From positions 17,412 through 81,411 of IMG/VR virus record IMGVR_UViG_3300025816_000009: 64,000 nt of DNA, one strand, 5' to 3'. The translations under genes were made by a program, and so were the position numbers. Within the stretch, counting starts at the first letter, position 1. Each line of letters opens with the position of its first letter. The stretch comes from a virus. This document shows, piece by piece, positions 40,346 through 47,466 of this stretch. The notes under the pieces are model-generated. The model was given only the letters and a program-made list of their open reading frames with translations. It did no database searches and was not told the origin of the DNA.

Positions 40346-41545
40346 ATGAAAGTCCCGTACTTATCCGCATCCCGTTTGAAGACTGCACAAGATTGTCAAC
40401 TATCTTACAAACTTCGTTATGACCCACCAAATGAAGAAGCAGTTCAAGTAAAATGGGCTAACGAACATCGCGACAATCTCGGACCTGCTCGTCTTGGCGG
40501 TAATATTCACAACGCTCTCGAAGAGTGGAGAAGACCAAATCCAAAGACAGGAAAAGTCAGACGCCCACGTCTTGACAAACTGCTAGAACTTTACGACGCT
40601 GAATGCGCCAAAGCGGAAATTGATTTCGACCTCTATGAAGATGGAGTGAAAATGTTGACACGTTGGTTTCAGAAGAGAGGAACTGCACCTGTCAAAGTTC
40701 TTCACGTCGAGCAACAATTCGGTTCTCATAGAGCGCCGTACATTTTGTCAAATGGAGTTCCCGTCTTTGGGTTCATTGATTTGACGCTTGAGATTGACGA
40801 GAACACAATCGAACTTGTTGATTACAAAACTCAACGAGCGCCAATCAAACAAGAGGAAGCAGATTCAAATGTACAGGCGGGAATGTATCTTTCAGTCGCT
40901 AAGGAATTATGGCCGGATAAGGATATTATATTCACTTTCGATTTGACTCGTTATGGAACTGTTTCAACTCGTTGGTCAGATGAAAAGATTGACACTTTCA
41001 AAGCATTCTTGAAAACCAAATGGGAATGGATTAATTCAATTGAAGAACCAAAGGCAACAATCGGACCTGCCTGTAAATGGTGTGCGTTTACTGAAATCTG
41101 TCCGAAGGCTCAAAAACTTGTTCAGATGGGAGCGTGGGATATTGTTGTCGGAGCAACACCCGTTGATGATGACCCCGATGAAATGTTAGACCAACTTCAA
41201 GGAATCAAGGCGGCTCAAGCAATTCTCACAAAGAAAAAGAAAGCAATCGAAGACCACATCAAGAATGAGTGGTTCGATAGACACGCCGCCGTAGGAGAAA
41301 ATACTAGGATTACAGAGAAGTATGCGGTGAAGTGGGAAGATAGGAAAAACAAGAAGTATCTTCCACACGAAGTTCAGCGATTAGTACCGGCCGGAGTTTA
41401 CGGACAAATGTCAACTTTGTCAAATACAAATGTTGAACGGTTGTTGCCTGTTTTACCCGAGGATGTGCAAAAAGCCATCAGAGACACCGCAATATCTAAA
41501 CCATTCAAAGCATTGACTATTCGTAAGAGACAAGATGCCAACTGA
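40346..41545 (+). CDS. PD-(D/E)xK RecB/Cas4-like exonuclease
   Basis: LSASRL...C, GFIDL, LVDYKT, Q..MY, CKWCAFTEIC. Confidence 0.85.
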   Translation: MKVPYLSASRLKTAQDCQLSYKLRYDPPNEEAVQVKWANEHRDNLGPARLGGNIHNALEEWRRPNPKTGKVRRPRLDKLLELYDAECAKAEIDFDLYEDGVKMLTRWFQKRGTAPVKVLHVEQQFGSHRAPYILSNGVPVFGFIDLTLEIDENTIELVDYKTQRAPIKQEEADSNVQAGMYLSVAKELWPDKDIIFTFDLTRYGTVSTRWSDEKIDTFKAFLKTKWEWINSIEEPKATIGPACKWCAFTEICPKAQKLVQMGAWDIVVGATPVDDDPDEMLDQLQGIKAAQAILTKKKKAIEDHIKNEWFDRHAAVGENTRITEKYAVKWEDRKNKKYLPHEVQRLVPAGVYGQMSTLSNTNVERLLPVLPEDVQKAIRDTAISKPFKALTIRKRQDAN

Positions 41546-41867
41546 TGAAAATAACAGAGAAGTTCCATCATCAAAGTACGGCAAGCGCCAATTCGGACGC
41601 ATGGGCAAGACCGATGGCCGCAACGTAAAACGCCTTCATCGAGCCATGTTAAAAGCAGGCGCGGGGCATCCATCCGGGACGGCATTGACTACAGGTCAGA
41701 TTGTACAATTAGATGACCAACCATTTGAAATGCACCGTCTCACAAATCATCTCGCCAAGAAACCACATCTGTTCAAATGTGTAGGAACTGAAAGAGTCGC
41801 CGGAATTGATGGTCGAACTCGATACCCTCAAAAGTTGTGGCTTGCTAGGGAAGATGCCTACGAATAA
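41535..41867 (+). CDS. Putative winged-helix DNA-binding protein
   Basis: Basic 110 aa; LTTGQI...LTNHLAK pattern. Confidence 0.45.
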   Translation: MPTDENNREVPSSKYGKRQFGRMGKTDGRNVKRLHRAMLKAGAGHPSGTALTTGQIVQLDDQPFEMHRLTNHLAKKPHLFKCVGTERVAGIDGRTRYPQKLWLAREDAYE

Positions 41868-42180
41868 TATTGACGTCAATACCTTGACTACCAAGACTTC
41901 CTATAGGCTCTGTATTTTTACTCCTTATAGAACGACGCCGTTTTGAAGCCAAAATAAATGTGCGCTTGCGGCTCAAAAACGCACTTTTTTTCTAGTGCAA
42001 AAAGTGTGCAAAAGTTCGATTAAAAAGAAACTATTTCCGGGCTATTGGTGTCAATATTCTGACACTACTTAACCTGTGCAAAATATCGCAAGTTTTTTTC
42101 TCAATATTATCCCCAATATACCCACATATTGACGTCAATATATTCGAAAATGTAAAGGAAGTAGGGAAAACGATGTCTTT
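41868..42180. other. AT-rich non-coding region with palindromes; candidate replication origin
   Basis: TATTGACGTCAATA (41868-41881), ATATTGACGTCAATAT (42126-42141), GTGCAAAA x3, A/T tracts. Confidence 0.45.
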
Positions 42181-42229
42181 TCATTGATAAAACCAAAACA
42201 TTGATAAGGGGGAAGACATAGGACGAAAC

Positions 42230-42337
42230 ATGGAGATAAGTCCTAGTTTGATAGGACCAATCGTGGTATTGTTGCCACCTTTGGGAATGATAGTAGTCGG
42301 GTTGTTAATGACCGGAATGTTGACCGTTCGTCGGTAA
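42230..42337 (+). CDS. 35-aa hydrophobic peptide
   Basis: MEISPSLIGPIVVLLPPLGMIVVGLLMTGMLTVRR, after a class-E-like promoter. Confidence 0.5.
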   Translation: MEISPSLIGPIVVLLPPLGMIVVGLLMTGMLTVRR

Positions 42338-42381
42338 ATATACACCATTCATTTCATAAAGGTGTGGAACGACGAAGAACT

Positions 42382-43182
42382 ATGACCTTAACGCCGAATA
42401 GCAACGTGAGCAGAACGGGAATCGTTCGTGCCGAATCATCATCTCTGTCAACCGCACTTCGTCGAGCAGTTCTCGACAATCCTTCAAATCCTGTGAAAGC
42501 ATTATTCACCGAAGAAGGATTGAGTATTTGGACTCACGATATTGCTAAGACAGTTCAACTGATAATGACCAATGCAACAATTGGCGGCTTGAAGGTAAAG
42601 AATCCTGTCATCATGTTGCTCGACCCGGAATCAATGGCTTCACTTTTAGATACTAAGTTCCCCGGTGAAATGGTCAAACTTGAATGCAAACCAAACTCTC
42701 CAATTACCGTTTCATCTCGAAGCGGTGGAAATGTTGTTTATCATCCGGCTGATGAAGATGATTGTTTCGTCGTTCCCGACCATTGGATTATGCCGAAAGA
42801 TTCTGACGGTTGGTTTACAATTCCAATGAAGAATGGAGAAAAATGTACAACAAGAGTCGTACTTTCGAAACAAGAAATGCAAAACGGAATAGTTGACATG
42901 ACTGTCGCCGGCGCTCCTTACGTTTCATTCGACTTCAATCAGAATGGTTCGACCTGCGAATCCGGACATTGGGGTTCAAAGACCAATCGTTCTATGACGC
43001 CGATTAATGCAACAGTCGAAGGACCTGCAATATCACTAAACTTCACCGAGAATCTTGGTGGAATCCTCGGTCGGCTTGACGGTGAGAATTACGTTGTTCA
43101 GAAACATTCAGCGACTCCGTTCACAATTATTGAAAGTGGTTCGACTGTTGTCGTTGCTACAGAAGCGCAACGTGAGGGATGA
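42382..43182 (+). CDS. pcna: Sliding clamp (PCNA-like)
   Basis: About 266 aa; LFTEEGLSIWTHDIAKTV resembles PCNA N-terminus; RFC and PolB nearby. Confidence 0.65.
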   Translation: MTLTPNSNVSRTGIVRAESSSLSTALRRAVLDNPSNPVKALFTEEGLSIWTHDIAKTVQLIMTNATIGGLKVKNPVIMLLDPESMASLLDTKFPGEMVKLECKPNSPITVSSRSGGNVVYHPADEDDCFVVPDHWIMPKDSDGWFTIPMKNGEKCTTRVVLSKQEMQNGIVDMTVAGAPYVSFDFNQNGSTCESGHWGSKTNRSMTPINATVEGPAISLNFTENLGGILGRLDGENYVVQKHSATPFTIIESGSTVVVATEAQREG

Positions 43183-43427
43183 TAATGTACGACCCGAATC
43201 ATGGATTATATCAACGAGTGAAAGCAGAATCAGCGCTTGGTATTGACGAGGAAACTCGCGACCAAATTATGACTGCCGTCAAACTTGACTTACTTCTTGC
43301 TCATGCGGGAATCACTGACGATAAAATCGAATTGGCTTATGACGCCGCATTGAAAAATCAATTGGCTGATGTCAGAGATGCTTTCGAAGCCCTCGTCGGG
43401 AAGGACGAGGATTTGGATGAGATTTGA
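43179..43427 (+). CDS. Hypothetical acidic protein
   Basis: Coupled ORF. Confidence 0.55.
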   Translation: MIMYDPNHGLYQRVKAESALGIDEETRDQIMTAVKLDLLLAHAGITDDKIELAYDAALKNQLADVRDAFEALVGKDEDLDEI

Positions 43428-44592
43428 TAATGAGAAAATGGAATTACTTCTCGAACATCTCGGGTTCAGACATTTCCCAAGGGCGATAGGAAATCCAAGA
43501 CAAGAGTTCGTTTACTCAACCGATGAAGTTTATCCGAAACTTGTTCAGTGGGATGGTAATTCATCTTGCTTCATTTCAACCGGCGGTTATGACGCGCTCA
43601 AGTGGGAAGTTGGAAATAAACAAAGTCCGGGTAAAATAATTCACGAGATGACTTTCTTTGACTTCGACCACGAGACGAAACCGGAAAACGCATTTGCTGA
43701 CGCTCAAAGATTATCTCAATTCTTGACGAAGATGAACATCGCACATTGGGTTCAGTATTCCGGAAGCAAGGGTTATCATTTATTCATAATTCACAAACCT
43801 ACGAAGTTCAAGTTCGACCATCGCGACGGTTCAGCGGATGCGTTGAAGAATCTTCTAAACCAAACTCAAACTCATCTCGGAAAAACACTTGGACTGAATA
43901 CTTTGGATGAACAAACTACCGGCGACCCAAAACGCTTGTGTAGGATTCCATTCACTCGTCATGTAAATCGCTTGGGTAAATTATCCGGCAGATATGCTGT
44001 TCCTGTTGACACGGAAAAACTTGACACAATTTCACACGAGGATATTGAAAAAATGTCCTATCGACCTCGATACGCTTTGCCTAACATCATCGGGAGAAGA
44101 CTAACTTTGCGAGATTTCATTGTCGAACTTGGTGTTGAACTTCACCAACCCGAAACTCAACTTCGTGATATTATCAATTCCGATTTCGATTACAATCCAT
44201 CAACGACGGCATTTCTAAAATCGCTTGAATACAGATGTCCGGGTGTCGTCAATGAATTGAAGCGTAGGAATCCCCCACACAACGCAAGGGTGTTTAGTGC
44301 GCTGTTCGGAAAAACATTAGGCTATGATGGGGGGAGATTCGAAGATATTTGGATGGAAATGGGGAAGACAATTGGTTATGTGGACTTACACAATAAAGAG
44401 CATAGACTCTATCAAATGTCAACAATATTCGATGACCCGAAATGGCGGTCATTCCCGAACTGTACAACACTCAAAGCCAAGGGCTGTTGCATTGGTGAAA
44501 CCTGTCCGAGATGGAAGACTTTTCAAGGTGGGGCAACTAACCAAGTTCGTACAATAAACAGGAAGTGGAGAAAGAAAAATGGTAGCAAATAA
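43417..44592 (+). CDS. Archaeo-eukaryotic primase, PriS-PriL(Fe-S) fusion
   Basis: FFDFD, YSGSKGYH, RLCRIP; C-terminal CP...PPHNAR...PNCTTLKAKGCCIGETC. Confidence 0.85.
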   Translation: MRFDNEKMELLLEHLGFRHFPRAIGNPRQEFVYSTDEVYPKLVQWDGNSSCFISTGGYDALKWEVGNKQSPGKIIHEMTFFDFDHETKPENAFADAQRLSQFLTKMNIAHWVQYSGSKGYHLFIIHKPTKFKFDHRDGSADALKNLLNQTQTHLGKTLGLNTLDEQTTGDPKRLCRIPFTRHVNRLGKLSGRYAVPVDTEKLDTISHEDIEKMSYRPRYALPNIIGRRLTLRDFIVELGVELHQPETQLRDIINSDFDYNPSTTAFLKSLEYRCPGVVNELKRRNPPHNARVFSALFGKTLGYDGGRFEDIWMEMGKTIGYVDLHNKEHRLYQMSTIFDDPKWRSFPNCTTLKAKGCCIGETCPRWKTFQGGATNQVRTINRKWRKKNGSK

Positions 44593-45460
44593 GACAGCGA
44601 AATATGACAAGATAATCGAAAACGAAGAATCGCTTGCGGCGTTCTTTGACGGCGAACCGAACCTTGGTCAACTTTTGGGATTGTACAGATACTCGAAAAA
44701 CTTGATTGAAGAAATGGCACTTTCGGGAACGAGACAGGATATGCCGGACCAAGATGAGTTCCTATTGACTTCAATAGACCCATGGAAGTTAGAGAAAAAA
44801 CTTGGGGAAATGATTCTGAACGAAATGGTTAGCCGACATCGAAAAGTTGACCATCGAGAACATTGGACGATGTGCGCGTATCTCGGAGATTTAGGATTCG
44901 AAGTTGTTCATCTCAATACAGGAGAAGGAGATGTATCAAGTCGAAAAGTCAGTATCGAGAGAAAAGAGGACGACCTCGTTCCGTCTCTGTTCGATGGCAG
45001 AAGACTAAGACAACTAAGCGCCATGAGAGAAACTGCTGAATATTCATTTTTGATAGTTTCGAAATCATATACGGAAATCAAAAAGGGATTACAAGAGCGA
45101 CAAGTTTCAGATAAAATCTTCACGTCGTTCATAGCAAGTTTGGCCGCTGTTGGCTATCCGCCGATGTTTATTGATGACAGATACGACGCCGCTCAAGTGA
45201 TGCACCAATTAATCGGGAAGATTGAAGATGACAATCATCGACTCTATGTTCCCCGACCCAAAGGCGCTAACCCAACTGATTTCCGAAATGCTATGGTCGA
45301 GGCTTTGCCGAAGGTTGGATTCAAAACACGCCGAAAATTAGTAGCCAAGTTTCCGAGCATAGCAAAATTAGTAGCCGCGAGTGTTGATGATATACAAGCG
45401 ATTGAAGGAATTGGTCAGAAGACTGCCGAAAAGATTTGGCATTGTCTTCATGATGAATAA
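44579..45460 (+). CDS. ERCC4/XPF-family nuclease with HhH domain
   Basis: VDHRE, GD, IERKEEDDL..S..DGR...QL; IEGIGQKTAEKI. Confidence 0.85.
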   Translation: MVANKTAKYDKIIENEESLAAFFDGEPNLGQLLGLYRYSKNLIEEMALSGTRQDMPDQDEFLLTSIDPWKLEKKLGEMILNEMVSRHRKVDHREHWTMCAYLGDLGFEVVHLNTGEGDVSSRKVSIERKEDDLVPSLFDGRRLRQLSAMRETAEYSFLIVSKSYTEIKKGLQERQVSDKIFTSFIASLAAVGYPPMFIDDRYDAAQVMHQLIGKIEDDNHRLYVPRPKGANPTDFRNAMVEALPKVGFKTRRKLVAKFPSIAKLVAASVDDIQAIEGIGQKTAEKIWHCLHDE

Positions 45461-45464
45461 CACC

Positions 45465-45944
45465 GGGGCTTTCAACTCTTCCTACTCAATGAGGCATCCT
45501 TCTTCCCTAGTGTTTTTATGAGAACAGTGCCTAAGTTTCGAGTCGGATGTTCTCAAGTTTTTCTTGTTTGGGTATGCTGTATGACCACTTATTGCCTCGG
45601 CTTCTTTATCCGCTAGTGGTTCAAAGGGTTGGGAATGGGATAGCCCGTCTGCTTAGGTGCGTGAGAATTACCTCGTTGCCCCCTATCCATCGCTACTTTC
45701 TTGCCTAATTTATCGTGGTCTGTTCATTACTATTCCATAGTGTTGTTTCCCTTCAAGGGGTTCTACCCAAGAAGTCTCTCTTCCGCTTCAATCACTCGCT
45801 GTTTTTCGCTTTAGCCGCATATGCCTATGTCTTTGTGATTTCGAAGAGAGGACAAGTCCTCGCCGCCGAGCCTTCCTCGGAAGCATCTTCGCTCATTCCC
45901 GGGAGTCCGCCTTTCGACGTCTCCCATGAGAGGCAACCTCTCAC
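45465..45944 (-). ncRNA. Putative large structured RNA R14 (about 480 nt)
   Basis: GTGAGAGG-TTG-CCTCTCAT; GGGAG..GAAA..CTCCC; GGGAATG...CATTCCC; further stems; cassette at 45969-46007. Confidence 0.65.
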
Positions 45945-46044
45945 AAACTAATGAGGCAGGCTTCCACCTATAAAGGTTTCGGAACATCAATGTCTTGCTA
46001 TATCAATAGTTTACTTTTATTAAGGTGGGCATTGAGGATAGTTC

Positions 46045-47064
46045 ATGTGGACTGAAACCTATAGGCCGAATACGTTAGATGATGTAATTGGTCAAGAACA
46101 CATCACTCGCCGGATTAGATACATGATAGATGAACTTCACAAGAGTGGAGATGATGGCGCTTGGCCTCATATGATGTTCGCCGGACCTGCCGGTGTTGGA
46201 AAAACTTCCGTGGCTGTTGCCATGATGCGTTCTCTGTTCGGTGAAGATTGGTCGATGAATTATATTGAATTGAATGCTTCCGACTCGAGAAGTATCAATG
46301 ACATTAGAACTACAGTCAAGGACTTCTCAAGAAAAGGAGTCATGGGCGTTTACTTGGTTGATGGGAAACCAAAACCAATTCCATTCAATGTTGTATTCCT
46401 AGACGAATGCGACAATCTGACACCCGATGCTCAATCGGCTCTCCGTAGAATCATGGAACGGTTTTCGAAACAGACTCGATTTGTTTTGTCTTGTAATTAT
46501 CCGCATCAGATTATTGACCCGATTAAAGACAGGTGTGCTTTCAGCGATACTAGATTCGGACCTATTCCGGCCAAGACAATTTATGGCGCTCTAAAGAACG
46601 TAGTAGCCAAAGAAGAAATCGAGATTACATCCGACGCTCTGAAAGCAGTCGCTAAACATTCCAATGGTTCAATGCGAAAAGGCTTGAACTTCTTATTTTC
46701 AGCAACAAGAGTTCCGGGCGAAGCAACAATCGAGGATGTCAATGAATTGATTGGTGAACTGAATAATGACAGAATGAAACAATTGCTCGGCTTGGCGTTC
46801 GAAGCGTCAACTGAAACTGATTCCAAACAACTTAGGATATGGAGACAGATGGATTCGATGGTCGATTCATTTGCTGACAAGGGTTTGAGTGGCGCAGAGA
46901 TTCTTGACGCCGTTTACAAAACTGCTTCCGAAGAAGACATTCCACCGAAGATTGCTAGAAATATTTATGCACATCTAGGAGAAGCCATATTCCATTGTGC
47001 CGCCGCCCAAGATGATATATTGGCGGTTAAGACATTCATAAGGAGATTGAGTATAGATGCCTAG
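46045..47064 (+). CDS. rfcS: Replication factor C small subunit
   Basis: WTETYRP, GPAGVGKT, IELNASD, FLDECD, AQSALRRIME, SCNY. Confidence 0.93.
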   Translation: MWTETYRPNTLDDVIGQEHITRRIRYMIDELHKSGDDGAWPHMMFAGPAGVGKTSVAVAMMRSLFGEDWSMNYIELNASDSRSINDIRTTVKDFSRKGVMGVYLVDGKPKPIPFNVVFLDECDNLTPDAQSALRRIMERFSKQTRFVLSCNYPHQIIDPIKDRCAFSDTRFGPIPAKTIYGALKNVVAKEEIEITSDALKAVAKHSNGSMRKGLNFLFSATRVPGEATIEDVNELIGELNNDRMKQLLGLAFEASTETDSKQLRIWRQMDSMVDSFADKGLSGAEILDAVYKTASEEDIPPKIARNIYAHLGEAIFHCAAAQDDILAVKTFIRRLSIDA

Positions 47065-47323
47065 TAAAGACGACAACGCTGAAATAATTAAAATGATAAC
47101 CACTAGATTAGCGGTTGGTGAATTGACTTACGGTCATGGTTTCAGAGTCTTTGACGACACTCGAACTTGGGGAACACCCAACGACGATTGGGTTGAAATG
47201 GCGCTTGAAGAAGCAATAGATGGCGCTCTCTATCTTTGCGCTCAAATGTTGCGTATCAGAAAAACCCGACAAGAAATCGAACTTGCAGAGAGGAAGAAAA
47301 TAAATGAGTCGGCCGAGGAATGA
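47057..47323 (+). CDS. MazG-like all-alpha NTP pyrophosphatase-like protein
   Basis: G..TYG...DWVEMALEEAIDGALY. Confidence 0.5.
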   Translation: MPSKDDNAEIIKMITTRLAVGELTYGHGFRVFDDTRTWGTPNDDWVEMALEEAIDGALYLCAQMLRIRKTRQEIELAERKKINESAEE

Positions 47324-47444
47324 TATTAGATTCCCCGCAAGTTCGAGAAGGACAAGAAAATGTGCGGAATGCCGAAGGCGAAAGAATCTTGCTTGGGACC
47401 CAAAAAAGAAATTATGTCATGACTGCCTCATAAAACACTCATAA
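47304..47444 (+). CDS. Small basic Zn-finger protein (46 aa, not in track)
   Basis: Manual translation ...RKCAECRRRKNLAWDPKKKLCHDCLIKHS. Confidence 0.55.
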   Translation: MSRPRNDIRFPASSRRTRKCAECRRRKNLAWDPKKKLCHDCLIKHS

Positions 47445-47466
47445 AGGTGGGTTGATTAGTAAAGAC

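Noticed and set aside
33567-41545. DinG plus Cas4-like nuclease as a type IV CRISPR system
   Set aside because: No Cas7/Cas5/Cas6-like genes or array; both are ordinary members of viral replication clusters
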